A DNA stretch of 64,000 nucleotides from an uncultured bacterium (GCA_964410905.1 CAYPIR010000008.1:19019-83018); one strand, 5' to 3'. Positions 27,180-38,207 are shown, numbered from the stretch's first letter. Program-made: numbers and translations. The notes: generated by a model from the letters alone, not told the origin.

Positions 27180-28586
27180 TTATCCTAAAATTTGCGTGAT
27201 AAAAAAGTTGGGGAAAACACCAAATACGATTGTTGCTGCCGCTAAAATCCAAAGAAGCGCGGATAAAGCAAAGGAAGGTTCCCCAAGAATTGGCTGATCG
27301 CTTGAGGATAGATACATTAAGCGGACAACGCGGAAGTAATAATAAACTGCGACCACGCTGTTGATTGCCGCCGCAACGGCGAGCAAAATGGCGTTTGATT
27401 CAATCGCCGCGGCAAAGACATAATATTTTCCTATAAAACCCGCGAGCGGCGGAATACCCGCGAGAGACAATAAAAAGACTGTTAGCAAAGCGGCTTGCGC
27501 GGGCGCGCGCTTAGCAAGTCCTGAAAAAGCATCAAGCGTTCCGTCTTGAGTTTTTTCTTCGACAAAAGCGATAACGGCAAACGCTCCAAGATTTGTGAAA
27601 AGATAAGCCGCGAGATAAATCAAAACCGCGTTCGCTCCGAGTCCTGAGGCGACTGCCAAACCCATCAAGATGTATCCAGCTTGCGCGATGCTGGAATAAG
27701 CGAAAAAGCGTTTGGCGTTGTTTTGCGAAATTGCCGTGAGGTTTCCAATGGACATTGTCAAAATGGAAATGGTTGTCAAAACAACAGACCAAAATTCGGC
27801 GTAAGCGATGAAAGCGGTCGCCAAAACACGCAGCAAAACAATAAAACCCATTGCCTTTGGTGCGACAGATAAAAACGCGGTTACGGGAGTCGGCGCGCCT
27901 TCGTAGACATCTGGCGACCAAAGATGAAACGGCGCCATCGCGACTTTGAACCCAAGTCCTGCAAAAAAGAATAGGACGGAAATCACCGCGATTGGATGAA
28001 ATGAATCATGAAAAAGAGATACCATAATTTGCGGAAGTTCAAGAGAACCCGACACGCCAAAAATAAGCGACATTCCGTATAGCATCACGGCGGAGCAAAC
28101 CGTCCCGAAAAGAAGATATTTAAGAGATGACTCCTTGGCTTTGGGATCGTTTTTTAAGAATCCGACTAAAAGATACGAAACAATTGAAACCGCTTCGACG
28201 CTTAAATAAATCATTAAAAGATTGTTTGCCGCACCGGCGCAAATAAGAAAAAACGCGACAAAAAGTAAAAGCGCGTAAAACTCGTTTGAATGATTTTTCT
28301 TAAGCGGGCTATAGGAAAACGCGAGAACAAGAGTAGACGCCGTGGCAAACAAAGCGATAAAGCGTGAAATGTTTGCTATCGCGTCAAAATAAAACATTCC
28401 AAAGAAAAGAGGCAGAGGAGAGTCTGTCTGGCGAGTTACCAAAAGCGTCGAGATGACTACAGTCAGGCAAAACCAGCCGATTATTTTTTTCGCGGATTTA
28501 AAAAAATCTAAAAATAAGGCAAGAAACGCTCCGCCGAGAAGAACAAATTCTGGAATGAAATATTTTAAACTCTCGATAGCGTTCAT
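27180..28586 (-). CDS. nuoN: NADH-quinone oxidoreductase subunit N.
   Basis: Polytopic antiporter-like subunit, last gene of the nuo operon. Confidence 0.85.
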   Translation of the reverse strand: MNAIESLKYFIPEFVLLGGAFLALFLDFFKSAKKIIGWFCLTVVISTLLVTRQTDSPLPLFFGMFYFDAIANISRFIALFATASTLVLAFSYSPLKKNHSNEFYALLLFVAFFLICAGAANNLLMIYLSVEAVSIVSYLLVGFLKNDPKAKESSLKYLLFGTVCSAVMLYGMSLIFGVSGSLELPQIMVSLFHDSFHPIAVISVLFFFAGLGFKVAMAPFHLWSPDVYEGAPTPVTAFLSVAPKAMGFIVLLRVLATAFIAYAEFWSVVLTTISILTMSIGNLTAISQNNAKRFFAYSSIAQAGYILMGLAVASGLGANAVLIYLAAYLFTNLGAFAVIAFVEEKTQDGTLDAFSGLAKRAPAQAALLTVFLLSLAGIPPLAGFIGKYYVFAAAIESNAILLAVAAAINSVVAVYYYFRVVRLMYLSSSDQPILGEPSFALSALLWILAAATIVFGVFPNFFITQILG

Positions 28587-28591
28587 AAAAA

Positions 28592-30064
28592 CTATCCCTT
28601 CACTATTTTGAGAAGACCATCAAGAGTGGGAATCATATAATTTAAAATAATTTTGGGATAAAGCCCGATTCCGAGAATGAAAACCATCAAAGGGACAAGA
28701 GTTAAAACTTCCGAAGTTTTTATGTCGGGCAGCGATTTCCATTTGTCGTTTAATTTCCCAAGCAGAACGCGCTGGACAGTATAGAGAAGATAAGCCGCCG
28801 CGAGAATAATTCCTATCGCGGCAAGACCTGTGATTATTTTGGAATATTGGTATGACCCAAGCATTACTAAAAATTCGCTTACAAATCCGCTTAATGCCGG
28901 AAGCCCGAGAGACGCCAGCGCGAAAAATGTGAGAAATCCGGAATAAACAGGCATTTGCGAGCTTAGCCCGCCAAAGCCGTTTAAGTCGCGAGTATGCGCG
29001 CGGTCGTATAAAACTCCGACAAGCAAGAATAACCCGCCCGTGATTGTTCCGTGCGTGAACATTTGAAGCATCGCGCCGCGGAATCCATCAGCGTTGAGCG
29101 CCGCGAGTCCAAGCAGCACAAAACCCATATGGCTGACGCTTGAATACGCGACCATTTTTTTGAAATCCGTTTGAGCGAGCGCGACAAAGCCGCCGTAAAT
29201 TATGCCTGCTATGGCGAGCACTCCCATTGCCGGTTGAAACCATTTCGCGGCGTCAGGGAAAAGCGGATAACTAAAACGCAAAAAACCATAAGTTCCCATT
29301 TTGAGCAAAACGCCGGCAAGAATTACGCTTATCGGCGTTGGTGCTTCCACATGCGCGTCAGGCAGCCAAGTATGAAAAGGGAATATTGGAACTTTGATAG
29401 CGAAGCCTAAAAAGAACGCGAGAAATACAATTTTTTGGAAAAATAAATCGCGGGAAAATCCAACGAGCTGCGTTACATCAAATGTATGAACTGGCGCGGC
29501 AAAATAAACCGCTAAAATCCCAAGCAGCATAAAAAGACTGCCGGCAAGAGTGTAAAGGAAAAACTTGATGGCGGCATATTCGCGGCGAGGTCCGCCCCAA
29601 ACGCCAATTAAAAAATACATCGGGACAAGGACTACTTCCCAGAACACATAAAACAGAAAGAGGTCAAGCGCCAGGAACGTTCCCATCATTCCTGTTTCAA
29701 GCAGTAAAAAGAGAAAATAATATTCCTTTTCTCTTGGACCTTTTGACGCGGCGTGAGGAAAAGAATTAAAGCAGGCGAGAAGGGAAATAAGCGCGGTCAA
29801 AAACACCATCGGGAAACTGATGCCGTCTGTCCCCACAAGATATTGAACGCCGAATTGCGGTATCCAGGCTAGCCGTTCTATCATCTGAAAATCGCTGATA
29901 GATGTCTGGAATTGCGTCAGCGCGTAAGCCGTAAGAGCGAATGTTACGGCAGTTGTTCCAAAAGCGATGAAGCGAAAAAACCGCGATAAACTTTTTGGCG
30001 TTAGCAAAATAATTCCGGCACCGATTAAAGGCGTAAAAATAATCCAAGACAAAATGTGAGACAT
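28592..30064 (-). CDS. nuoM: NADH-quinone oxidoreductase subunit M.
   Basis: Antiporter-like subunit, 490 aa, with a conserved WLPDAHVEAPTP segment. Confidence 0.9.
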   Translation of the reverse strand: MSHILSWIIFTPLIGAGIILLTPKSLSRFFRFIAFGTTAVTFALTAYALTQFQTSISDFQMIERLAWIPQFGVQYLVGTDGISFPMVFLTALISLLACFNSFPHAASKGPREKEYYFLFLLLETGMMGTFLALDLFLFYVFWEVVLVPMYFLIGVWGGPRREYAAIKFFLYTLAGSLFMLLGILAVYFAAPVHTFDVTQLVGFSRDLFFQKIVFLAFFLGFAIKVPIFPFHTWLPDAHVEAPTPISVILAGVLLKMGTYGFLRFSYPLFPDAAKWFQPAMGVLAIAGIIYGGFVALAQTDFKKMVAYSSVSHMGFVLLGLAALNADGFRGAMLQMFTHGTITGGLFLLVGVLYDRAHTRDLNGFGGLSSQMPVYSGFLTFFALASLGLPALSGFVSEFLVMLGSYQYSKIITGLAAIGIILAAAYLLYTVQRVLLGKLNDKWKSLPDIKTSEVLTLVPLMVFILGIGLYPKIILNYMIPTLDGLLKIVKG

Positions 30065-30126
30065 TTTTTAATCTCCTTAATATTTGTATCGAAATCGAAA
30101 AGTAATTTGCAAAACAACTAGTTCGA

Positions 30127-30212
30127 GCAACAGGAAAATTTGTTACCAAAAATAAACCTCCGCTATTTCATGCGGCATTGTTTATTTTCTGGCAACAAAT
30201 TTTCTTGTTGCC
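30127..30212. repeat. Pair of related hairpins in the 178-bp nuoL-nuoM intergenic spacer.
   Basis: A perfect 8-bp stem GGCAACAA-attttc-TTGTTGCC at 30191-30212. An imperfect reverse-complement copy GCAACAGG-aaaattt-GTTACC at 30127-30147. Confidence 0.4.
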
Positions 30213-30242
30213 GCCGGCTGACAAAACCTGTTTGTTAAGTTT

Positions 30243-32195
30243 CTAAACCAACTTCAATTCCAGAATAATAAAAACAAGAAGCCCCAAAATCGCGAAAAGT
30301 AAGTAGTTTTGGATAAAGCCCGTCTGAAGACGCTTTGTAATATTGTTTAAAGAATGTGTCCAAGTTCCCGCAAGATTAACGAGAGCATCTATCACATTCG
30401 CGTCAAACCATTGTTTTACGCGGCTAATCCAGCCAGTCGCCGCCGCCGTTCCGTTTACCGCGCCGTCTATAACTTTGGAATCGAATGAAAAAAGTTTTTG
30501 TCCTAAAGCGTGAAAAGGCTGTATTAAAAATTTGGAATAAATTTCATCAATATAGAATTTATTGAGCGATAAGCGGTAGAGAACTGAAAAACGGGAAGCG
30601 ATAGCGGCGGGAACGGATGTTTTTTTCAAATATAAAACAAACGCCAGCCCGATGCCAAGCACCGCCGCCGCGACAGAACAAGCCATTACAAACGCCGAAG
30701 GTTCGTATTCGGGATAGTGAGTCATTTTTGCCAAGAATCCTTGAAACCAATGATGCATAAAAGGCGAGCCGGGAAACCCGACAACAATGGAGCCGATAGC
30801 GAGACACCAAAGCGGCAAAGTCATTACGGCGGGTGATTCATGAGCGTGGACTGCGTGGTTGCGGGCTTTGCCGAAGAATGTTAGGAAAATAAGACGGAAC
30901 ATATAAAACGCGGTCATAAAAGCGGTCAAAAGAAGAATGCCGAACACCCAAAAATTTCCCGCGCCATACGCGGCGAGCAGAATCTCATCTTTAGACCAAA
31001 ATCCCGAAAGCGGCGGGATACCAGCTATAGCAAGACTCGCGATAATAAACGTTGTTGCCGTATGAGGCATTTTTTTAAATAGGCCGCCCATTTCGCGAAT
31101 GTCTTGAACATGTGAACCGTGAATTACGCTTCCCGCGCCGAGGAACAACAATGCTTTAAAAAACGCGTGTGTTATTAAGTGAAATGTTCCCGCGCCGAGG
31201 CTGGAGAGTCCAAGCGCCGCGACCATATAACCTAATTGTGAAATTGTCGAATAAGCGAGAACGCGCTTTATGTCGTTCTGCGTTAATGCGATAAATGCGG
31301 CTCCAAACGCCGTGATTGTTCCTATGGCGGTTACAATTGGAAATATATTGGGAACGGACATAAAAAGAGAAAAAGAGCGCGCTACAAGGAATACTCCCGC
31401 CGCGACCATCGTGGCCGCGTGAATTAACGCGCTGACTGGCGTTGGACCTTCCATAGCGTCAGGAAGCCAAACATGTAAAGGGAATTGCGCGGATTTTCCA
31501 ATCGTTCCGCAAAAAATAAGAAGAGCGGATAAAACAAGAAGTCCCGCTGGGAAAGCTATCGCGGTTCCGTGATGGGCGGTAAGAAGCGACTGGATTTTTG
31601 CGAAATCAAAATATCCTACGGTTGTAAAAAGAGTCAAAAAACCGAGCAGAAACCCGACATCTCCGATACGCGTTGTTAAGAACGCTTTTTTGCTGGCGTT
31701 CGCGGCGGAATCTTTTTCAAAATAAAAACCAATCAAAAGATAAGAGCAGAGTCCCATAATTTCCCATGACATAAAAAACAAAAGATAATTATTGGATATG
31801 ACAAGCGTAAGCATCGCGGACATAAAAAGTGAAACATAGGCAAAAAAACGGCTGTAACGCGCTTCTCCGCGCATATATCCCGAAGCGTAAATTTGAATAA
31901 GCGTTCCGACAATCGTTACCATAAAAAGAAGCGACGCGGAAAGCGGATCTATTAAATAACCGAATTGCAGAGAGTCTTGACCGATAGGAAGCCAAGAGAA
32001 ACTATTCGCAAAATACGCGCCGTTAAAAGCCGCCCAGCAAACAGGAAGCGCTATGACGCAAGAAACCGCGCTCGCGATTATGGAGACGAGCGATGAACGT
32101 TCTTTTAAAAACCGTCCGGCAAAAATATTTATCACAAACGCGATAAACGGCAAAACGGGGACAATGCAAATTTGATTAGCGGTTGCGGCTACCAT
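30243..32195 (-). CDS. nuoL: NADH-quinone oxidoreductase subunit L.
   Basis: 650 aa antiporter-like subunit with a conserved WLPDAMEGPTPVSALIHAATMV segment and a long C-terminal extension typical of NuoL. Confidence 0.9.
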   Translation of the reverse strand: MVAATANQICIVPVLPFIAFVINIFAGRFLKERSSLVSIIASAVSCVIALPVCWAAFNGAYFANSFSWLPIGQDSLQFGYLIDPLSASLLFMVTIVGTLIQIYASGYMRGEARYSRFFAYVSLFMSAMLTLVISNNYLLFFMSWEIMGLCSYLLIGFYFEKDSAANASKKAFLTTRIGDVGFLLGFLTLFTTVGYFDFAKIQSLLTAHHGTAIAFPAGLLVLSALLIFCGTIGKSAQFPLHVWLPDAMEGPTPVSALIHAATMVAAGVFLVARSFSLFMSVPNIFPIVTAIGTITAFGAAFIALTQNDIKRVLAYSTISQLGYMVAALGLSSLGAGTFHLITHAFFKALLFLGAGSVIHGSHVQDIREMGGLFKKMPHTATTFIIASLAIAGIPPLSGFWSKDEILLAAYGAGNFWVFGILLLTAFMTAFYMFRLIFLTFFGKARNHAVHAHESPAVMTLPLWCLAIGSIVVGFPGSPFMHHWFQGFLAKMTHYPEYEPSAFVMACSVAAAVLGIGLAFVLYLKKTSVPAAIASRFSVLYRLSLNKFYIDEIYSKFLIQPFHALGQKLFSFDSKVIDGAVNGTAAATGWISRVKQWFDANVIDALVNLAGTWTHSLNNITKRLQTGFIQNYLLFAILGLLVFIILELKLV

Positions 32196-32497
32196 TTAAG
32201 TAAATTAACCTCATCGGTGTAAATTGTTTTTTTGACGCGATAAAGAGCGAGAACAATCGCGAGTCCGACCGCGGCGGCGGTCGCGGCAAGCGCTATTGTA
32301 AAAAGAGTAAATATTTGTCCTGTTTCGGGAGAAGCGGATGTGTATTTTGAAAAAGCGATTAAATTGATATTTGCCGCGTTAATCATTAATTCAATAGAAA
32401 TCAAAATGCCGATGATGTTTCGGCGGACAAGCGCGCCGTATATGCCGATAGCAAACAACAAAAGAGAAAAAATTAAAATATGCTCAAGCGGTATCAT
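32189..32497 (-). CDS. nuoK: NADH-quinone oxidoreductase subunit K.
   Basis: 102 aa, three TM helices, overlaps nuoL and nuoJ. Confidence 0.85.
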   Translation of the reverse strand: MIPLEHILIFSLLLFAIGIYGALVRRNIIGILISIELMINAANINLIAFSKYTSASPETGQIFTLFTIALAATAAAVGLAIVLALYRVKKTIYTDEVNLLKW

Positions 32498-33015
32498 TTC
32501 TCCTCCGAGGAATCTGTTTTGGCAATAATCACGGTTCCTATAAGCGCGGCGATAAGGACAACAGAGATTACTTCAAAAGGGAAAACATAAATTCCCATCA
32601 ATGCCGTGCCGATTTCCATCACGCCCGCCGATGTTCTTTTCGCGGCTTCGATGATAGGCCAAGGCGTTGTGATAATAAGTTTTGCCATTACCACTACAAA
32701 AGCAAGAGACGCGATTATCGCGATGGGTAGTTGTTTGTTGGTTTGCTTTATTTTTATATTTGAAAAATTTTCCGTGAGCATAATGGCGAAAATAATCAAA
32801 GTGATAATTCCGCCCACATACAAAAGGATTTGAACCGCCGCGACAAACTCGGCGTGAAGAACAACGTAAATTCCCGCGATGCCGATAAGAGCGGCGGCGA
32901 GAGACAGAGCTGAGTGAAAGAGATTTTTAAACACAACTACGCCGAGCGCGAAAGCGAGAATTACGCCAAGTCCCAAATAAATACCAAGTTTTGTTAACAG
33001 CGCAAGAATTTCCAT
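32494..33015 (-). CDS. nuoJ: NADH-quinone oxidoreductase subunit J.
   Basis: 173 aa, hydrophobic; position between nuoH/I and nuoK. Confidence 0.8.
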   Translation of the reverse strand: MEILALLTKLGIYLGLGVILAFALGVVVFKNLFHSALSLAAALIGIAGIYVVLHAEFVAAVQILLYVGGIITLIIFAIMLTENFSNIKIKQTNKQLPIAIIASLAFVVVMAKLIITTPWPIIEAAKRTSAGVMEIGTALMGIYVFPFEVISVVLIAALIGTVIIAKTDSSEEK

Positions 33016-33129
33016 ATAACCTTTTTGACTTTTACAAAGATGACGGACTAAAAAATAACAATAATGACAAACGATGCAGCAAAAAACACGAGGTTTGGCA
33101 TAATGTTGTTTTTTAGTCCGTTGCTATGC

Positions 33130-34299
33130 CTACTCCTCAAACAAATATTCGCGTTTTTGCGGAACAAATGCTTTGTTTACTTTAACAAGCGCTCCAAACA
33201 AAATTGCGATAATAACAACCGAGCTAATCCAACCTATAACAGGTGATACGAAATACCAAAATCCCGCCAAAAGAATATTGGCTAAAACAAGCGGTAATAA
33301 AAATTTCCACGCGAAGTTCATTAAATGGTCAACGCGAAATCTGGGGAAGGTTCCGCGAAACCAAATCATCACGCAAACTAGAAACAACGTTTTCCCGAAA
33401 AACCAAATCCATGACGGCAAAATGGGACCTTGCCAGCCGCCAAGAAAAAGCGTTGCCGCGATACCGCAAAGAGTGAACGCATTCATATATTCAGCCATAT
33501 AAAAGAGCGCGAATTTCATTCCGCTGTATTCAGTATGAAAACCCGCGACAAGTTCGGACTCCGCTTCAGGTAAATCAAATGGCGGACGATTGCATTCAGC
33601 GGTCGCGCATAAGAAAAATACTATGAAGCCAACCAATCCCCAAGGTGTGAAAATAAACCAGTTTAATCCCCAGAACGCGCCTTGTGATAACACAATGTCG
33701 TTAGTTGAAAGACTTCCAGCGATCATAATTGACGGAACTACAGCAAGCGTCATCGGCACTTCATAAGAAACCATTTGAGCCGCAGTTCTCATTCCGCCCA
33801 AAAAAGAATATTTGTTGCGGGACGCCCAGCTTCCCATAAAAATCGGAAGAATTGTAATAGATGAAACGGCAATGAAATAAAGAAGCCCGATGTTGAGATT
33901 GACGGCTGTCATTTTTTCACCGAACGGTACGACTACAAAAATCATTAAAGCGGGAACGACAGTAACGATCGGAGCGAGAAGATGAACAATTTTGTCGGCG
34001 TTTTCAGGAACTATATCTTCTTTTGTGAACATTTTGATACCGTCCGCGATTGGCTGCAAAAGACCCCATTTGCCGACTCGGTTTGGACCAATACGGTTTT
34101 GAATTCGTCCGATGAGTTTTCGTTCTAGCAGAGTGAGATACATCATGATTAGCGGACCGAGACACAAAATTGCCACGCCGCTTATTACGATGGATGCAAC
34201 TCCGATAATCCAATCGGGAAGAAAAAGTCCAAGCAAAGACAAAACCCAACCCTTTGCGATAACAAAAATAAAATTTCCAAAATCGAGAACAGTATGCAT
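33130..34299 (-). CDS. nuoH: NADH-quinone oxidoreductase subunit H.
   Basis: Conserved NuoH segments LLERKLIGRIQNRIGPNRVG and AECNRPPFDLPEAESELVAG. Confidence 0.9.
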   Translation of the reverse strand: MHTVLDFGNFIFVIAKGWVLSLLGLFLPDWIIGVASIVISGVAILCLGPLIMMYLTLLERKLIGRIQNRIGPNRVGKWGLLQPIADGIKMFTKEDIVPENADKIVHLLAPIVTVVPALMIFVVVPFGEKMTAVNLNIGLLYFIAVSSITILPIFMGSWASRNKYSFLGGMRTAAQMVSYEVPMTLAVVPSIMIAGSLSTNDIVLSQGAFWGLNWFIFTPWGLVGFIVFFLCATAECNRPPFDLPEAESELVAGFHTEYSGMKFALFYMAEYMNAFTLCGIAATLFLGGWQGPILPSWIWFFGKTLFLVCVMIWFRGTFPRFRVDHLMNFAWKFLLPLVLANILLAGFWYFVSPVIGWISSVVIIAILFGALVKVNKAFVPQKREYLFEE

Positions 34300-34862
34300 T
34301 ATTTAGTTGTATCCGTTGATTTTGCCTCAGCCGCCGCTTTCTTTTTTTCTTCCGCGAGTTTTCTTTTTTTGTCTACTTCGGCGGCTTTTGTAGGACGTAT
34401 TTTTTGAAAATAGGAATTTGGTTTTGCCAAGTCTTTTATATCAGCGATGAGAGTTGTCTCGCGGTTTGGAACAGCAATTTCAAAAATTTTGTCCATAAAA
34501 ATCGAATCGAACGGGCAGACATCTTCACAAATTCCGCAATTCATACATAAACCTTGATCAATTTTAAATACAGCGGGTTTTCTTACCGGTTTTCCCGCCG
34601 CGTCTTTTGCCATTTCGATATGAATGCATTTTGTCGGACATTCCCGTTCGCAAATCCCGCAAGCGACACAACGAATATTTTCTTCCGTTTCGTCATAAAC
34701 CAAAAAGGGAAGATTACGGAAAGTCTCAATTTCTTTATCGTGTTGTTCGGGATATTCTACCGTTACCAGCCCGCCATTTTCAGGTTTTTTTAAATATGAA
34801 AAAATAAAATTCTTAAGCGTTACCATCATTCCTTTGAAAATGCCCATGCCGAATAAACTCAT
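34299..34862 (-). CDS. nuoI: NADH-quinone oxidoreductase subunit I (2x[4Fe-4S]).
   Basis: Two CxxCxxCxxxCP motifs ([24 protein letters not shown]). K/A-rich C-terminal tail. Confidence 0.9.
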   Translation of the reverse strand: MSLFGMGIFKGMMVTLKNFIFSYLKKPENGGLVTVEYPEQHDKEIETFRNLPFLVYDETEENIRCVACGICERECPTKCIHIEMAKDAAGKPVRKPAVFKIDQGLCMNCGICEDVCPFDSIFMDKIFEIAVPNRETTLIADIKDLAKPNSYFQKIRPTKAAEVDKKRKLAEEKKKAAAEAKSTDTTK

Positions 34863-35989
34863 CGATCGGTCTCCCCAAGAACAATGTCAATACTGCCGAG
34901 AATAATAATCGCGTCCGCTATTTTCTGTCCCAAACACATTTCTTCTAAGAATGACAAATTGATAAGAGAAGGCGCACGGACATGATAACGCCAAGGCTGC
35001 GGCGAGCCATCGCTTACAAGATAAAATCCAAGCTCTCCTTTAGGAGATTCTGTTCTCGCGTAAGCGTCTCCAACGGCGGGTTTGAAATTGCGCGGCATTT
35101 TTAGATACACGAGAGTTTTCGGGTTTATAAAATCGCCGTTAGGAATTCCGGCTAAAGCTTGCGACAATATTTTTAAACTTTCTCTGATTTCAAGAAGACG
35201 GACGTAATAACGGTCGTAAACATCGCCGACTTTTCCAAGCGGTATTTTAAAATCAAACTTTTTATAAACGCTGTAGCCGTCAATTTTGCGGATGTCGTAA
35301 TTAACGCCCGACGCGCGAAGTATGGGGCCGGAAAGTCCGGCGCCTATCGCGTCGCTCGCTTTTAATATGCCGACATTTTGGCAGCGCATACAAAGAATTT
35401 CGTTTTGTGAAAGAAGCGTTTCAAACTCCTTTAAGAATGACGGGAAACGGTCAACAATTTGTTTTACGCGTTCGAGTTGTTCCTTTGTTATATCGCGTTT
35501 GACGCCGCCGATGCGGAAAAAATTGCACATAAGCCGCGAGCCGGTGATTTCTTCAAACAAATCAAGAATATGTTCGCGTTCGCGGAAAGCGTAGAGAAGA
35601 GGCGTAAAAAACGCGCCTAAATCGTTAAGCATAAATCCAATAACGGTTATGTGATTAACTACTCGGGCAAGTTCTGCCATTATGACGCGTAAATATTCCG
35701 CGCGTTCTGGGACTTCGACATTACCAAGTTTTTCAACCGCCATCGCGTACCCGAAATTATTCGCGAGGGAGTTCACATAATCAAGGCGATCGGTATAAGC
35801 CATGATTGCCGAATAGGGAAGATTTTCCGCGATTTGTTCGTGATTGCGGTGAAGATACCCAAAAACAGGTTTTAGTCCGCAAATTTTCTCGCCTTCCAAT
35901 TGAACGGTCATACGAAACACGCCGTGAGTAGAAGGGTGCTGGGGACCAAAATTCACTTCCAAAGTTGATTTTAAAGTTGTATTTTCCAA
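34859..35989 (-). CDS. nuoD: NADH-quinone oxidoreductase subunit D (49-kDa subunit).
   Basis: N-terminal [14 protein letters not shown] signature; not fused to NuoC. Confidence 0.9.
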   Translation of the reverse strand: MENTTLKSTLEVNFGPQHPSTHGVFRMTVQLEGEKICGLKPVFGYLHRNHEQIAENLPYSAIMAYTDRLDYVNSLANNFGYAMAVEKLGNVEVPERAEYLRVIMAELARVVNHITVIGFMLNDLGAFFTPLLYAFREREHILDLFEEITGSRLMCNFFRIGGVKRDITKEQLERVKQIVDRFPSFLKEFETLLSQNEILCMRCQNVGILKASDAIGAGLSGPILRASGVNYDIRKIDGYSVYKKFDFKIPLGKVGDVYDRYYVRLLEIRESLKILSQALAGIPNGDFINPKTLVYLKMPRNFKPAVGDAYARTESPKGELGFYLVSDGSPQPWRYHVRAPSLINLSFLEEMCLGQKIADAIIILGSIDIVLGETDR

Positions 35990-35995
35990 AATAAT

Positions 35996-36574
35996 TTAAA
36001 CTCTCGGTTGAATCGCCTTTTCACTTATCGCGCGTTTGCCTGACGAACTCAATTCTTTAGCCTTAGCACGCGCTTGTTCCGGGACTTTGACATTGTGTTT
36101 ATCGAGCCAGTCGATGTCGGTCGCCTCCAAAACGTCAGTGTCTTCTTGTATATAATCTTTACGCAAAGGGAAACCGACAAATTCTTCCCACATAAAAAGC
36201 CGTCTTAAATCGGGATGCCCCGAAAATTCAATTCCAAATGTGTCAAATGCCTCGCGTTCCTGAAGTTCCGCGCTTTTGTATAGGGAAACAAGAGAGGGGA
36301 TTGGGGACGAATCTTTTTTGACTCTGACGCGAAGGACAAGTGCGGAGGATTTTTTTTCTATGGAATAAAAATGATAAACAGATTCTAAAAAATCCAAATA
36401 ATCAACAGCCGTGATAGAAGATAAATAATTAAATTTGAGTTTTTCTTTTAAGAACTTTGCGACTTCAAAAATGTCCGCTGGATTTTCCAGCAAAATTGAA
36501 TCTCTCACCAATCTGGACGAAACTTTTGGCAAACTTGTTTTAATTTCTTTTTGAATGATTTCTGCGGTAGACAT
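35996..36574 (-). CDS. nuoC: NADH-quinone oxidoreductase subunit C (30-kDa subunit).
   Basis: Conserved REAFDTFGIEFSGHPDLRRL segment. Confidence 0.85.
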   Translation of the reverse strand: MSTAEIIQKEIKTSLPKVSSRLVRDSILLENPADIFEVAKFLKEKLKFNYLSSITAVDYLDFLESVYHFYSIEKKSSALVLRVRVKKDSSPIPSLVSLYKSAELQEREAFDTFGIEFSGHPDLRRLFMWEEFVGFPLRKDYIQEDTDVLEATDIDWLDKHNVKVPEQARAKAKELSSSGKRAISEKAIQPRV

Positions 36575-36575
36575 T

Positions 36576-37304
36576 TTATATGGTTTTTTCTACTGACGCG
36601 GCAGGTTTTAGGGCGGCTTCTAAATCCGGCGCTTTTAGTTTTTTACCAACAAGAATTGTTTGCCCATAATGCGTTGTTCGGGGATTTTCCGCCGGCGGCT
36701 GCCAAACTTCAGGATTGTATTTAGGAATAAGCCCGTTCGGTCCAAGTTCGGGAATGGGAAATTCGCGTTTTAAACCCTTTTGATACCATTCCGTTTTCAA
36801 AATTTCTTGCGATGCGATTTTCTTTTGCAATTCAATTAAACCGTTTAAAAGAGCTTCAGGGCGCGGCGGGCAGCCGGGAATATGTAAATCTACAGGAATA
36901 AAACGGTCAACACCGCGCAGAACATTATAGCCATCGATGAACGGTCCGCCGGAAATCGCGCAGGCGCCCATCGCTATTACATATTTAGGCTCCGGCATTT
37001 GATTAAACAAGCGGACGACCTGAGGAGTCATTTTTTTTGTAACTGTTCCCGAGATAATCATTAAATCGGCTTGGCGGGGTGAAGCGCGGAAAAGTTCCGC
37101 TCCGAATCTTGCTATGTCGTAACGGGCGCAGGCTGCCGCGATCATTTCAAAGGCGCAGCACGCGAGACCAAACTGCATTGGCCATATAGAAGAGCGGCGG
37201 CCCCAATTGTATAAGAAGTCAAGAGTTGTCCAAATGACACCTTTTGGGGCTAATTCGGCTTGAAGATTTTTATCAACTACACTTGTGTTTTTAGTAAGAT
37301 TCAT
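36576..37304 (-). CDS. nuoB: NADH-quinone oxidoreductase subunit B (20-kDa, N2 cluster).
   Basis: CCAFEM, GACA and PGCPP cysteine motifs. Confidence 0.9.
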   Translation of the reverse strand: MNLTKNTSVVDKNLQAELAPKGVIWTTLDFLYNWGRRSSIWPMQFGLACCAFEMIAAACARYDIARFGAELFRASPRQADLMIISGTVTKKMTPQVVRLFNQMPEPKYVIAMGACAISGGPFIDGYNVLRGVDRFIPVDLHIPGCPPRPEALLNGLIELQKKIASQEILKTEWYQKGLKREFPIPELGPNGLIPKYNPEVWQPPAENPRTTHYGQTILVGKKLKAPDLEAALKPAASVEKTI

Positions 37305-37320
37305 GAAAGACGGTTAACCT

Positions 37321-37692
37321 TTATTCCCATTCCAGCATCCGCTTTTTCCAGACATAACCAAGTCCAAATGCTAAAATACAGATGAAAATAACCATTTCTA
37401 CGAAGGCAAAAAGCCCAAGTTGTTTGAAGGCAACTGCCCAAGGATAAATAAAAATTGTTTCAATATCAAAAATAACAAATATGAGCGCGAATAAATAATA
37501 TTGAACGCGGTATTGAGTCCATGGATCGCCCTTTGAGGCGAGCCCGCATTCATAGGTCGCTTGTTTTTCCGGATTAGGCTTTTTAGGGGCAAGGAACCAC
37601 GCCAAAACTAGCGGGATAGCCGCGAAGATAAGGGCGAATAGGAAAAAAATGCCGATAAAAAGATATTGGTAAAAGTAGGAACCGCTAGACAT
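37321..37692 (-). CDS. nuoA: NADH-quinone oxidoreductase subunit A.
   Basis: 123 aa, three TM helices, first gene of the operon. Confidence 0.85.
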   Translation of the reverse strand: MSSGSYFYQYLFIGIFFLFALIFAAIPLVLAWFLAPKKPNPEKQATYECGLASKGDPWTQYRVQYYLFALIFVIFDIETIFIYPWAVAFKQLGLFAFVEMVIFICILAFGLGYVWKKRMLEWE

Positions 37693-37705
37693 AGCGCGTC
37701 ATTAT

Positions 37706-38173
37706 ATGGACAATAACCACAAAGTCAAACGAGGTGAGAGAAAGGTTTCTCCTTTTAATATGGAATCAAAAATTCTAATAGATGTGGGTTGCGCGGTTAT
37801 TCATCGCGAAGCGGAATTGCTTATAACAAGACGGCATTTGAACGATAGTTTTGGAGGCCTTTGGGAATTTCCGGGCGGAAAACGGGAAGGGACAGAAACT
37901 ATAGAAGAATGTTTAATCCGCGAAATCGGAGAAGAGCTAGGAATTGAAATCGCGCCGGAAAAAGAGTTTTTCAAAAAAGAAATTATTACCCCGCAAAAAA
38001 AATTGATTTTGCATTTTTATTTTTGCAAATGGGCAAGCGGAACGCCGCGTCTTATTGATTGCCTTGACGCTAAATGGATTTCGCGCGACCAAATTTCAAA
38101 ATACACTTTTTTGCCCGGCGACAAAGAAGTTCTTGCTGATTTGAAGATGAATTGGAATAAATATTTTTCATAA
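37706..38173 (+). CDS. NUDIX hydrolase (MutT-like).
   Basis: Nudix box GGKREGTETIEECLIREIGEELGIEI. Alternative start at 37760. Confidence 0.75.
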   Translation: MDNNHKVKRGERKVSPFNMESKILIDVGCAVIHREAELLITRRHLNDSFGGLWEFPGGKREGTETIEECLIREIGEELGIEIAPEKEFFKKEIITPQKKLILHFYFCKWASGTPRLIDCLDAKWISRDQISKYTFLPGDKEVLADLKMNWNKYFS

Positions 38174-38207
38174 TAAGTTTCTATAACGGAAATGTTAGCA
38201 GTAGCCT

